Source: a virus | Taxonomy: Duplodnaviria; Heunggongvirae; Uroviricota; Caudoviricetes | Strand: one strand, 5' to 3' | IMG/VR virus record: IMGVR_UViG_2778261087_000003 | DNA: 64,000 nt | In this document: positions 38,701 through 48,337 of the stretch, piece by piece | How the letters are laid out: every line of letters starts with the position of its first letter | How positions within the stretch are numbered: position 1 is the stretch's first letter | Position numbers and translations under genes: made by a program | The notes under the pieces: generated by a model | What the model saw: only the letters and a program-made list of their open reading frames with translations | The model's database searches: none | What the model was told of the DNA's origin: nothing

Positions 38701-39536
38701 TGCAGCGTTCCTGGTTTAATAACCGGCTTACATCAGCTAAGCAAAAGTCATTGCTCTATAAATCATTGGCTGATTTGGTTCAGTCAATGATGGATACCTT
38801 TGTTGACCCATGGTTGGAGCGAATTACCAACCGGAAGTCTATTTTTTCCATGAGCAAGGAGGATCTGGAGACCAGGACAAATGAACTTGGCCAGTTCTTT
38901 ACTATCAGAACGTCGAACTCATCTTCCGTTCCGATGTTGTTACAACAGCGTCTTGATGAGATTCACTTTAAGGGGACTGAACGCCCTATAAACCAGACAA
39001 TTTACCGCGAATTTAACGGTATTTCTGTTTTATGGGATCCGATATATGCACCGGTGGACCTTGAGCGTCATCCCTATGGCACGGTTCTAATACCAGAAAG
39101 CACACTGGAGACTACCGGCGGCACATTCGGCGAGATGTTTCTGACTTCCAGAGGGATGATCAGTATTCCCATAAACGACCTGGCCAGGACAATGGGTATT
39201 ACTGGCACGATAGATCAGTCCGCAATTACAGAAGAAATTCTCAGAAAGTTTAATCAGTTCGTAAAGCCTCTACTGCCACTGCATATAGTGTTTGATGGGC
39301 TTACGCTCTATTTGTCGGTTGTTGTAAATGAACAGGCCGACATGATCACTTTGAACGAGATTTCTGATACCGAAAAAGCATTCTGCTGGTTTGAAACTTC
39401 GGATACAACTTCGCTTACTGGAGTTACGTCGATTAGCGCCCCGATCACCGCAACGCCTGGTGGCACTATTGTGAAAGCGACACCTACGTTTGATCGCACA
39501 CGCGCAGATGATTTGTTGCTGGATAGCGACGCCTGA
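38697..39536 (+). CDS. Tail/baseplate protein (P1 gp16 position)
   Basis: 279 aa. Confidence 0.4.
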   Translation: MMQRSWFNNRLTSAKQKSLLYKSLADLVQSMMDTFVDPWLERITNRKSIFSMSKEDLETRTNELGQFFTIRTSNSSSVPMLLQQRLDEIHFKGTERPINQTIYREFNGISVLWDPIYAPVDLERHPYGTVLIPESTLETTGGTFGEMFLTSRGMISIPINDLARTMGITGTIDQSAITEEILRKFNQFVKPLLPLHIVFDGLTLYLSVVVNEQADMITLNEISDTEKAFCWFETSDTTSLTGVTSISAPITATPGGTIVKATPTFDRTRADDLLLDSDA

Positions 39537-39614
39537 CAATCACCCCGTCCGCAGGGCGGGGTGACAAGTTACTTCTCTTACAATGAGGCTTCACAACATT
39601 GATTAGGGAAAATC

Positions 39615-40049
39615 ATGTCTGACGTCTCAACAAACCTCTATAAGAGTCAGTTGTTGGACTATTACTATCAGCGGCGCGCTGAATCGTCCATTAACAAAGG
39701 CTCTCGATTTTTAATCAGCAAGGCCGTTTTCGGTACCAGTTCACTGGTTACTAAGAAAGGAGATGGCACTTATGAGATTGGAGAACTGCCAAAGGTTTTC
39801 GATCTGGCAGAACTGACCAGTCAATTTTGCACCATCAACCTCGTCCCAACCTACTCAGGCGGGATAATTACTGTCCGAATGGACCTTGATCAAAGCCAGT
39901 TGCAGGAAGGGAAAAACTACCCATTCAACACTCTGGTTGTTCTGGATAACGAGAACAAGCCAATCGCCATTATTTGTGTCCAGGAAGACTCGCTGTATGT
40001 GGGCAAAACATATACCGCAGTTATGGCCATAAACACGACAACAGCATAA
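39615..40049 (+). CDS. Tail fibre-associated structural protein (P1 R position)
   Basis: 144 aa, immediately upstream of S. Confidence 0.45.
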   Translation: MSDVSTNLYKSQLLDYYYQRRAESSINKGSRFLISKAVFGTSSLVTKKGDGTYEIGELPKVFDLAELTSQFCTINLVPTYSGGIITVRMDLDQSQLQEGKNYPFNTLVVLDNENKPIAIICVQEDSLYVGKTYTAVMAINTTTA

Positions 40050-40060
40050 GGATATGCTTG

Positions 40061-41959
40061 ATGAATGACGTTACAGTTGTTACATCAGTTACTTACCCAT
40101 CACCCGAGTCGTTGGCTCTGGTGGCTGATGTGCAATACCACGAACCATATCTGTCAGCCGCGCTAAACCGAAAATTCAGGGGGATTGTTGACCCGGGATT
40201 TTATGCCGGTTTCTTACCTAAGCCTGGCGGTGGGATGAACCTGTTAATCACCTCAGTGGATGGTGATAAAACCGCAGGCGCGGCGTCGGTGGATATTGGT
40301 GAATTCTACCAGGTAACTATTCAGCACCGTCAGGATATTTCTCTTGCACTTAGTGCAGGCAAGAAATATGCAATTGTGCTGAAGGGAAGATACCTCCTTG
40401 GAGAGGATACCTATCAGGTTAATACCGCGTCACATATTCATGCGGCTGAATTTGTTACCCGAACCTATACCGATTCATATCAGTTAGGAGATGGGGAGCT
40501 GCTTGTTTGTACGGTGAATATCCCTGCTGGCGTATCAGCCATTACCCAGGAGATGATTGATACATCCGAGCGTATTAACCGCACGATCGGCATTGATATT
40601 TCAGACTCTGTAACCAGTAGCAGAAGTGATGTTGCTGCAAGTTCGCTGGCAGTTAAAAAAGCCTACGATCTGGCGAAAAGCAAGTATACGGCGCAGGATG
40701 CAAGCACAACGCAAAAGGGATTAGTTCAGCTCAGTAGCGCAACTAACAGCGACAGCGAAACAATGGCGGCTACCCCTAAAGCCGTTAAGTCTATAAAAGA
40801 TCTGGCTGATACCAAAGCGCCAATAGAAAGCCCGAGTCTGACAGGAACGCCAACCGCGCCGACGGCAGCGCAAGGTACAAACAGCACGCAGATCGCAAAT
40901 ACAGCCTTTGTTAAGGCAGCTATAACTGCACTTATCAACGGTGCGCCTGGCACACTGGATACGCTGAAAGAAATAGCGGCTGCGATCAATAACGACCCGA
41001 ATTACAGCACAACTATCAACAATGCCTTGGCTCTCAAAGCGCCTTTGGCAAGCCCTGCATTAACGGGTGTCCCTACTGCGCCTACGGCTGCACAGGGCAC
41101 AAACAATACGCAGATCGCTACGACTGCTTACGTACGGGCTGCTATCTCTGCATTGGTCGGATCATCACCTGAAGCTCTTGATACCCTGAATGAGCTTGCA
41201 GCAGCACTGGGCAATGACCCGAACTTTGCGACAACAATGACAAATGCGCTGGCAGGGAAACAGCCACTTGATGCAACTTTAACCGCGCTTGCTGGTCTTG
41301 CGACAGGCGCAAATAAATTGCCGTACTTTACCGGTACAGACACTGTTTCTCAGACTGACTTAACGTCAGTCGGTCGCGATATTCTGGCCAAAACAAGCGT
41401 TCTTGCTGTTATCCAATACCTTGGTTTAGGGGAAGGCTCTGCTTTGCCGGTTGGAGTCCCCATTCCGTGGCCGTCAGCAACGCCACCAACAGGGTGGCTC
41501 AAATGTAATGGGGCTGCGTTTACCGCCTCCCAGTACCCTAAGTTGGCACTGGCTTATCCGGCGCTCAGACTGCCTGATCTACGCGGGGAGTTTATCCGGG
41601 GATGGGATGATGGGCGTGGGGTTGATAGTGGTCGTCAGTTGTTCAGTCTGCAGGGTGAAGATTTCAAAGCCCACCGACATGAGTCCTATTTTTATGCAGG
41701 AATATCACGTAATGAAATACCTCTGACAAGCCTGCTGAGTTCCGATGAAATGCTGACGTTAAGCTCGACGACTAACTCACTATCACCTATGGATATTGAT
41801 GCAAACGGTACCCTTCTCGGTAATGACGATTATAACTGCGTTCAGGAGGGTAACAAAAACAACAAGCGGACTGCGACCGGGTTGAGTACCAATATTATAG
41901 GTGGTTCAGAGACGCGTCCGCGCAACGTTGCATTTAACTATATTGTGAGGGCTGCATAA
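40061..41959 (+). CDS. S: Tail fibre protein S (constant part plus currently expressed variable part)
   Basis: MNDVTVVTSVTYPSPESLALVADVQYHEPYLSAAL...; repeated ...TQIANTAFVKAAI... units; C-terminus ...RPRNVAFNYIVRAA; AAGGA RBS. Confidence 0.85.
   Translation: MNDVTVVTSVTYPSPESLALVADVQYHEPYLSAALNRKFRGIVDPGFYAGFLPKPGGGMNLLITSVDGDKTAGAASVDIGEFYQVTIQHRQDISLALSAGKKYAIVLKGRYLLGEDTYQVNTASHIHAAEFVTRTYTDSYQLGDGELLVCTVNIPAGVSAITQEMIDTSERINRTIGIDISDSVTSSRSDVAASSLAVKKAYDLAKSKYTAQDASTTQKGLVQLSSATNSDSETMAATPKAVKSIKDLADTKAPIESPSLTGTPTAPTAAQGTNSTQIANTAFVKAAITALINGAPGTLDTLKEIAAAINNDPNYSTTINNALALKAPLASPALTGVPTAPTAAQGTNNTQIATTAYVRAAISALVGSSPEALDTLNELAAALGNDPNFATTMTNALAGKQPLDATLTALAGLATGANKLPYFTGTDTVSQTDLTSVGRDILAKTSVLAVIQYLGLGEGSALPVGVPIPWPSATPPTGWLKCNGAAFTASQYPKLALAYPALRLPDLRGEFIRGWDDGRGVDSGRQLFSLQGEDFKAHRHESYFYAGISRNEIPLTSLLSSDEMLTLSSTTNSLSPMDIDANGTLLGNDDYNCVQEGNKNNKRTATGLSTNIIGGSETRPRNVAFNYIVRAA
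41410..41435. other. cix crossover site (left)
   Basis: ...CCAATACC-TT-GGTTTAGGGGAA, 2-bp core TT at 41421-41422, inside S. Confidence 0.55.
41419..41625. repeat. Left inverted repeat of the invertible segment (about 207 bp)
   Basis: Near-identical to reverse complement of 43439-43645, read directly from both strands. Confidence 0.8.
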
Positions 41960-42567
41960 TGGTCAAAGCCGAATTAAATCAGGACATGATCGCCACGGTG
42001 GCCGGTGAAATCCCCGTCTACAACTACGATGGCGAGACGCGCGAATATCTGTCTTCATCCGTTGAGTACCTTGCCGTAGGGGTTGGCATCCCGGCTAATT
42101 CCTGCATTGATGCTCCAGGCGAAAGTAAAACCGGCTTCGCTATTTGCCGGACGGCTGATTTTGCCGCATGGGAATACGTTGTCGATCATCGTGGTGAGTC
42201 GGTCTACAGTACCGTAACTGGTGAGGTAGTTGTCGTTTCTTTACTTGGTGATTACCCAACAGAAACCACACCGCTGGCACCTGCTACGCCATACGATACG
42301 TGGAGTGGTGGCGAGTGGGTGACGGATACCGCCGCGCAGCACGCGGCAAAAGTGGAGGCAGCAGAACAGCAAAAATCAGCGTTACTGATTGAGGCGCAGG
42401 CAATGATCAGTCTATGGCAGACAGAACTACAATTAAGCATTATCAGTGATAAAGATAAGGCCAGCCTGATACTCTGGCTGACCTACATAAAGGAATTGCA
42501 GGCGGTCGTTCCTGACGCTGCACCAGGTATCAAATGGCCTACGCCTCCGGTTGAACAGGCCAGTTAA
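41959..42567 (+). CDS. U: Tail fibre assembly protein U
   Basis: 202 aa, MVKAELNQDMIATVAGEIPVYNYDGETREYL... Confidence 0.8.
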   Translation: MVKAELNQDMIATVAGEIPVYNYDGETREYLSSSVEYLAVGVGIPANSCIDAPGESKTGFAICRTADFAAWEYVVDHRGESVYSTVTGEVVVVSLLGDYPTETTPLAPATPYDTWSGGEWVTDTAAQHAAKVEAAEQQKSALLIEAQAMISLWQTELQLSIISDKDKASLILWLTYIKELQAVVPDAAPGIKWPTPPVEQAS

Positions 42568-43138
42568 TATCAGGAGCCGTCGAAACATCGACGGCTTTAA
42601 CCGCCGTTTTATAAGCCATCCATGACGATAATTTCTTTTTGTTTTCTTCGCTGATATCACCGAGCATCAGCTCCACTCGCCAGTCGGAGGATAGTTCATC
42701 TACCTGAGCGAGGAGCATTTGTCGGTGTTGTTCTGCATCAGCAATATCACCTTGATGTTTTGCGTCAGAATCCGTGACCCATTTCTCTCCGTCCCATTTA
42801 TCATACGGTGATGCAGGGGCATTTGGCGTTGTACCTTCGGGATAATCCCCCAGTGTAGTCACGTCGACTTGTTGCATTGTCTCTGTGCTATAAACGGTTT
42901 GACCTCTGTGGTCGGTGACATATTCCCAGGATGAAAGGTCTGCTGTACGGCAAATAGCAAATCCCTCCTTTTTTTCACCCGGAGCATCAACGCAGGAATT
43001 AGCCGGGATGCCAACCCCTACGGCAAGGTACTCAACGGATGAAGACAGATATTCGCGCGTCTCGCCATCGTAGTTGTAGACGGGGATTTCACCGGCCACC
43101 GTGGCGATCATGTCCTGATTTAATTCGGCTTTGACCAT
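42539..43138 (-). CDS. U': Alternative tail fibre assembly protein U'
   Basis: 199 aa, same first 40 residues as U then divergent; convergent with U. Confidence 0.8.
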   Translation of the reverse strand: MVKAELNQDMIATVAGEIPVYNYDGETREYLSSSVEYLAVGVGIPANSCVDAPGEKKEGFAICRTADLSSWEYVTDHRGQTVYSTETMQQVDVTTLGDYPEGTTPNAPASPYDKWDGEKWVTDSDAKHQGDIADAEQHRQMLLAQVDELSSDWRVELMLGDISEENKKKLSSWMAYKTAVKAVDVSTAPDINWPVQPEA

Positions 43139-43620
43139 TATGCAGCCCTCACGATGTAGTTAAATACGACGTTGCGTGGACGAGTTTCACCTTTCATTGA
43201 TGAGGCATCATTGATGTTCTCCGCACCATTTTTGCCGCCAGACATATAGGTGAATGTCCTACCTCCATTAGCCCAATAGTCACATCCGTATTGAGCTGCA
43301 GGAGAAAAAATAGTTTCATTTGCTATCGCCTGCTCTACACCTGGAGGGATAGCAGTTGGAGTATTAACCGTCGTAGGAATCGCGTGATTGTGGGATATGA
43401 CGGTATGCTCCTGGCTTGACAGTAATTCCCTTCCTGCATCGACCCCGCGTCCATCATCCCATCCCCGGATAAACTCCCCGCGTAGATCAGGCAGTCTGAG
43501 CGCCGGATAAGCCAGTGCCAACTTAGGGTACTGGGAGGCGGTAAACGCAGCCCCATTACATTTGAGCCACCCTGTTGGTGGCGTTGCTGACGGCCACGGA
43601 ATGGGGACTCCAACCGGCAA
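43138..43620 (-). CDS. Alternative tail fibre variable segment Sv' (expressed only after inversion; no own promoter)
   Basis: First 60 residues identical to the variable start of S (PVGVPIPWPSATPPTGWLKCNGAAFTASQYPKLALAYPALRLPDLRGEFIRGWDDGRGVD) then divergent; ends ...RPRNVVFNYIVRAA. Confidence 0.8.
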   Translation of the reverse strand: MPVGVPIPWPSATPPTGWLKCNGAAFTASQYPKLALAYPALRLPDLRGEFIRGWDDGRGVDAGRELLSSQEHTVISHNHAIPTTVNTPTAIPPGVEQAIANETIFSPAAQYGCDYWANGGRTFTYMSGGKNGAENINDASSMKGETRPRNVVFNYIVRAA

Positions 43621-43645
43621 AGCAGAGCCTTCCCCTAAACCAAGG
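43439..43645. repeat. Right inverted repeat of the invertible segment
   Basis: Reverse complement matches 41419-41625 with a few inner-end mismatches. Confidence 0.8.
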
Positions 43646-43655
43646 TTTAGGATTG
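43630..43655. other. cix crossover site (right)
   Basis: TCCCCTAAACC-AA-GGTTTAGGATTG, palindromic half sites around AA core at 43642-43643; overlaps cin 3' end. Confidence 0.55.
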
Positions 43656-44207
43656 AAATGATGACGCCGGAAACTTCTTATAAAGCGTGGAAACAGCCAC
43701 ATCATAGATGATTGCAACCTGCTTACGGGGGATGCCCTTCTCCAGCAATCGCCGCATTTGCTGCCATGTTTCTTCCTGGTATTTAGGCCGACGCCCACCT
43801 ATACGACCTTCTGCGCGAGCTACATCAAGTCCAGCGCGTGTACGTTCAACGATAAGCTCACGTTCCATTTCTGCCAGCGCCCCCATTACGTGAAAGAAAA
43901 AGCGCCCCATTGGTGTACTGGTGTCGATGGAGTCAGTGAGACTCCGGAAATTAATGCCTCTGTCACGCAGCTCTTCCACCAGCACAACTAAGTGACGCAT
44001 GCTGCGCCCAAGACGGTCTAACTTCCATACGACCAGGGTATCACCTCTGGAAAGCATACGGAGTACCTTTTTTAACCCAGGGCGCTCAGCCTTTTTGCCG
44101 CTCGCCTTGTCCTCAAAAATTAGCTCACATCCTGCGCTTTCAAGAGCGTTTCGTTGTAAAGCAGTGTTTTGTTCATTTGTTGATACGCGTACATAGCCTA
44201 TTAGCAT
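43647..44207 (-). CDS. cin: Serine DNA invertase (Cin/Gin/Hin family)
   Basis: 186 aa; MLIGYVRVSTNEQNTALQRNALESAGCELIFEDKASG... with catalytic Ser in VRVST; adjacent to invertible segment. Confidence 0.9.
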   Translation of the reverse strand: MLIGYVRVSTNEQNTALQRNALESAGCELIFEDKASGKKAERPGLKKVLRMLSRGDTLVVWKLDRLGRSMRHLVVLVEELRDRGINFRSLTDSIDTSTPMGRFFFHVMGALAEMERELIVERTRAGLDVARAEGRIGGRRPKYQEETWQQMRRLLEKGIPRKQVAIIYDVAVSTLYKKFPASSFQS

Positions 44208-44334
44208 ATTTTCTGCTCACTATCGTTATTTATAGCAAGCTGCGGATTTTAATTAACAAAAACCAGTATGTGTGGAAATCACAAAGTACATACCGTTTCC
44301 CAATGATATTTAATTCACTATTAAGGAAATAGTT

Positions 44335-44616
44335 ATGTGTGATTTCACAATAATGCTCCTCTCCATCCTTGGCGGGGTGCATTCGTTTCTGAATGGGGTT
44401 CGTGAAAAACGTTACGAAGCGTCATGCAGGCAATTGATGGCCGAGTGTATTGCTGCCGTACTTGCAGGCTTTATAGGCATGTATTTCGCGGAATATAAGG
44501 GTATGGATGAAAGTCTTCAGAATTGCGTGACTATTATTTGCAGCATCAATAACAGGCTCATTCTTGAAAAGTTACAAAGGATTATCGATTTGTACCTCAA
44601 TAGAAATGCCTCTTAA
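44335..44616 (+). CDS. Holin-like small membrane protein (paralog of next gene)
   Basis: 93 aa; shares pattern with 44684-45013. Confidence 0.4.
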   Translation: MCDFTIMLLSILGGVHSFLNGVREKRYEASCRQLMAECIAAVLAGFIGMYFAEYKGMDESLQNCVTIICSINNRLILEKLQRIIDLYLNRNAS

Positions 44617-44683
44617 GCAACAAATGACCGGTTGAGAAGTTACTTTGCATACCATTACCTCCTGACAACGTAGGAGGGAACTT

Positions 44684-45013
44684 GTGCTTGACACACAGGA
44701 ATTAGCTCCAGTTGCTATTGCGCTCCTGCTTTCAGTAATTGGTGGGATAGGCACGTTCCTGATGGATGTCCGAGACGGTCGCCAGTCTGGCAATTTGTTG
44801 GGATTGGTTACGGAGATCTTTGTTGCAGTGACAGCTGGCGCGGTGGCGTACCTATTGGGGCAACACGAGGGCTGGGAGTTATCAATTACGTACTTAATGG
44901 TAACGATAGCCAGCAATAACGGTCATGAGGTGATTTCAGGGATGAAACGAGTGAATATCGATAGCATTCTGAATGTTCTTACAAGTTTGGTGAAAAAGGG
45001 AGGCGGGAAATGA
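44684..45013 (+). CDS. Holin (P1 LydA-like)
   Basis: 109 aa, hydrophobic helices, charged C-terminus ...KKGGGK. Confidence 0.5.
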   Translation: MLDTQELAPVAIALLLSVIGGIGTFLMDVRDGRQSGNLLGLVTEIFVAVTAGAVAYLLGQHEGWELSITYLMVTIASNNGHEVISGMKRVNIDSILNVLTSLVKKGGGK

Positions 45014-45453
45014 TTGGCTGGGGTGTATGCGTTCTTGCGTTAGCCTTAGCCGATCGCTATTTGCTAAAACGCAAGGACATCACGCATTTAGAACTTGGTG
45101 ATGTGGAAATTAAACCGGGTTTCATCCGGGTGCCGTTCAAATACCGGTCTAAATTCCCGTTTTTGCGCGGCGCAACGGTCAGATATTGGATCCGCGATGT
45201 TCAGAAGCCGACGACAGTGATTGAAGGCGAACAACGTTGTCTGACGTCGGCTGAACAGGGCGAAAACAGTGAATGGTTGTACATACCCACTGAATATATG
45301 GGTAAAGGAGAGCGACTGTGGCATTTCAACGTCATGGTTACGCATGGCGACTCGTTCATTAACCCGTTGTATCGGATTTTCCCTGTTACTCAGCAAATCC
45401 GCAGAAGTTACGTAATAAATCTCGCACAGGATGTGTCAGATGACGAAAAATAA
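45010..45453 (+). CDS. Antiholin-like protein (P1 LydB position)
   Basis: 147 aa, start-coupled to holin. Confidence 0.4.
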   Translation: MIGWGVCVLALALADRYLLKRKDITHLELGDVEIKPGFIRVPFKYRSKFPFLRGATVRYWIRDVQKPTTVIEGEQRCLTSAEQGENSEWLYIPTEYMGKGERLWHFNVMVTHGDSFINPLYRIFPVTQQIRRSYVINLAQDVSDDEK

Positions 45454-46042
45454 GTATGCAACGGTCGATTTTGACCAGGTTAATGAAAAGGGGCTGAAAC
45501 CCCTTATCGCGGCGATCAATAAAACCGGGGTTACGGTAATTGAGGTTGACTCCAGCAACCGCGCAACAACGAAAGATGGCGTTAAAGTTAAAACCGCAAA
45601 GCTGGTTCTTAACGACGGACAAATTCTTGCCATACAGGTAAACGATACTGGCGATATATCGTCTGTGAAACTGAATGGAAAAGCTATTCCTAACGCTCAG
45701 TCGCCGGATATCAAGACGCTTGGTACCGTTATGGGACAGGCGGCCCGCAAAAACTCCGCAAAATTCCAGAAATCACTGATCGCCAAAGCGAAGCGTGTTG
45801 CCAATCCGGTAGACAAGAAACCGGCAGTTAAATCCAACTTTCAGCGCCTGCAAGAAGCAAAACAGCGGAATGCTCAGGTGGTTGCCGCTTATAAGTCCGC
45901 GCAGAATTCGGTGTCTTTCAATCAACAGCAGATCACTGATTTGCGGGCGAAGCTGGATAAGGAGACGGGCCGACTCAATAACGAAAAGGCACGGAATGGC
46001 GAACTCAAACGTCGTCTTAAGCAACTGAAAGCAGGAAATTAA
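45431..46042 (+). CDS. hdf: Hdf-like protein (homolog of the DarA N-terminal region)
   Basis: 203 aa; shares ...KNSAKFQ... and LNDGQILAIQV / LSDGQTISILF segments with the following 639-aa protein. Confidence 0.6.
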   Translation: MCQMTKNKYATVDFDQVNEKGLKPLIAAINKTGVTVIEVDSSNRATTKDGVKVKTAKLVLNDGQILAIQVNDTGDISSVKLNGKAIPNAQSPDIKTLGTVMGQAARKNSAKFQKSLIAKAKRVANPVDKKPAVKSNFQRLQEAKQRNAQVVAAYKSAQNSVSFNQQQITDLRAKLDKETGRLNNEKARNGELKRRLKQLKAGN

Positions 46043-46043
46043 C

Positions 46044-47963
46044 ATGGAACAGTTCAATATCAATAAAGGGGTGACGATCAAGCCTGGGCTTGACGTGCTT
46101 CCCCCGCCAGTGACTGATGATGAATATCGCGCATTAATGGCCGGTGAGGACCGCTATCTGATGACGGAATCCAACACCCTGGAGGAAATCGAGGCTACGT
46201 TCTTCTATGACACGCCGATCCACTGGTGTGCTACGGATTTACTGGAGGCGATTAGTTCTACTCGTTTGCAGTTACACCGGACCATGCAGGCATTTGTCCG
46301 GGCATTGAACCAGAAGCTGAATGGTACCGGAATCTCTGCGGGGAGTGATAAAACGGGGGATGTGGCCCAGAGCGGCGCGCGCGCGATCGGCGGCGCTGAA
46401 ATTGGCCGGGCACGTAACGTTAACGGGCTGCCGGTCTTGCCAGCCATTATTCCGCTCAGTGATGGTCAGACTATCAGCATTCTGTTTCATAGCCCGACAG
46501 CGGAAAACCGGATCACCAATAGCGATACGCTGGTTGCTTTCCAGTTCTTACTGAATAAAAAAGACGTTACTCACACCGTTGCTCCGATGAGTGGACGTGA
46601 TATGACGCTGGCGCAGGTCACCATGAAACTTGCCAACCTTGCAGAGAAAAACTCGGCAAAATTCCAGCGTGCGCAGAAGAAGAAAAAAACCCTTGTTGAT
46701 GAAATAACCCAACTACAGGCTGACAGTGACCAGAAAGAGGATGCCATGAGCGACCTCGCGGATCAGGTGGCAGCGGTAGAAGGGCAGAAGGCAGATCTGG
46801 AGCAGAAAATTAACGCTGTTGCATCGGAAGCGGATTCTCTTTATGAAGAGAATGAGCGTTTGCAGACGGAGATTGATCAGCTCAATCGCACTGGTGGGCG
46901 CGATACCATTGCTCCAGCGGGGATGACTGGTGGGCACTCTCGCGCGCTGACGGATCGCCTTGCCAGTATCAAAAATCGTATGCATATGAACGGGGAAGTG
47001 ACGCTCAGTAATGGAGCATCAATGAAGCAATTCATTGAGGACGGCGAAGGGTATATCCAGTTAACCGATCCGGATGGCAGCGTATACATGATCAAGGCTA
47101 AATCCATACAGGGTGTGGACATGGCAGATGCGATCGGCAAGCTGTTTAAAGCCTATAAAGCGGGTAATGTATCGGAATACCTGGTCCAACCAGAAGAACA
47201 TAAACCGGAAAACGTCGAACCTGAACAAGCGGAGGATACCGGTAGCTCTTCGCCTGAACCAGAAGTCTCTGTAGGTGCATATCGATATGCCCTGCAAATG
47301 CGTCCGGCGGCCCCTGGCGCAATACCTGAAGGTAACAAAGCAATTCTGCCGCGCCCTGATGAAGGTGACCCGTATTATGAATATGCACGCTACGGCATTG
47401 CTACTTTCGATACCCCGCTTTCTGATCAGCAAATGAGTGAGTACGACCTGAAGTTATTGCCTCGCGAGGATTCTTTCGACTTCCTGGCGAAGACACTTAC
47501 TAATGGTCCGTTTGGCAAATATGCACAAAAAGCTCTGGAGCTGGCCACCAGCTCACCAGACGAGTTCCGCGTAATGCTGAAAACTCAGTTTCAAAAAACT
47601 TTCCCCAATATTGCGTTTCCTGGGGGCGCTGGCACCGAGAAAATGGTGCAGAGCATGATCAATGCATTGCAGGCCGAAGTCGGTGAGATTACTCAGCCAG
47701 AACCGGCCCCGGCACAGCCTGATGAAACGGTTAGCGAAGCAGATGCAGAGGCTAATAAAGCCATTGAATATCTCAATAACGTGATGGATATGAAAAGCAC
47801 TGACATGGCGGAGATCCGTAACGCCCGGGGCAATGTCCGGGAAGCGATTGCAGCCCTTCAGGCTGCCGGACGTTTTGAGGAAAACGAAGAGCTGGTTAAC
47901 GGCGCAGCTCGCCACCTAGCTGATCTGTTGGTAGCAATCCAGAAAGCGGGGGTAGCGGCATGA
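46044..47963 (+). CDS. darA: DarA-like antirestriction/capsid-associated protein
   Basis: 639 aa; paralogy to upstream hdf-like gene; central coiled coil; followed by ddrA/ddrB-sized genes. Confidence 0.6.
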   Translation: MEQFNINKGVTIKPGLDVLPPPVTDDEYRALMAGEDRYLMTESNTLEEIEATFFYDTPIHWCATDLLEAISSTRLQLHRTMQAFVRALNQKLNGTGISAGSDKTGDVAQSGARAIGGAEIGRARNVNGLPVLPAIIPLSDGQTISILFHSPTAENRITNSDTLVAFQFLLNKKDVTHTVAPMSGRDMTLAQVTMKLANLAEKNSAKFQRAQKKKKTLVDEITQLQADSDQKEDAMSDLADQVAAVEGQKADLEQKINAVASEADSLYEENERLQTEIDQLNRTGGRDTIAPAGMTGGHSRALTDRLASIKNRMHMNGEVTLSNGASMKQFIEDGEGYIQLTDPDGSVYMIKAKSIQGVDMADAIGKLFKAYKAGNVSEYLVQPEEHKPENVEPEQAEDTGSSSPEPEVSVGAYRYALQMRPAAPGAIPEGNKAILPRPDEGDPYYEYARYGIATFDTPLSDQQMSEYDLKLLPREDSFDFLAKTLTNGPFGKYAQKALELATSSPDEFRVMLKTQFQKTFPNIAFPGGAGTEKMVQSMINALQAEVGEITQPEPAPAQPDETVSEADAEANKAIEYLNNVMDMKSTDMAEIRNARGNVREAIAALQAAGRFEENEELVNGAARHLADLLVAIQKAGVAA

Positions 47964-48325
47964 CACTATCAGCTATTGAGTTAATGGATCTCAGCGATAA
48001 GTTGGATGCTCTGATGTCCAAAGCGGCGACCGCGAGTGGCATGGAGTTGCTGGATATCAGCGATGAAATTGACCAGATCATGCAACAGATGGGGTACGGC
48101 GCGTCCGGCGGTGGTAGTGGCGAGGAAAAACAACCTTCGGAACATGATGGTGTGCCAAAACTGGTTGCTGATTTCCTGGCTGATAAATTCGTCGATCAGA
48201 GCACCGATGCATTTATCGGTACCTTGCAGGATTTGAGTCAATATGTTGGCACATACATCGACCTGGACCAGGTTAAACAGCACACGGCGGCATGGATAGC
48301 CGCCAACATTAAAGAGGCAGCATAA
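47960..48325 (+). CDS. ddrA: DdrA-like small protein
   Basis: 121 aa acidic protein start-coupled to darA-like gene. Confidence 0.45.
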   Translation: MTLSAIELMDLSDKLDALMSKAATASGMELLDISDEIDQIMQQMGYGASGGGSGEEKQPSEHDGVPKLVADFLADKFVDQSTDAFIGTLQDLSQYVGTYIDLDQVKQHTAAWIAANIKEAA

Positions 48326-48337
48326 GGCGTAACAGGG

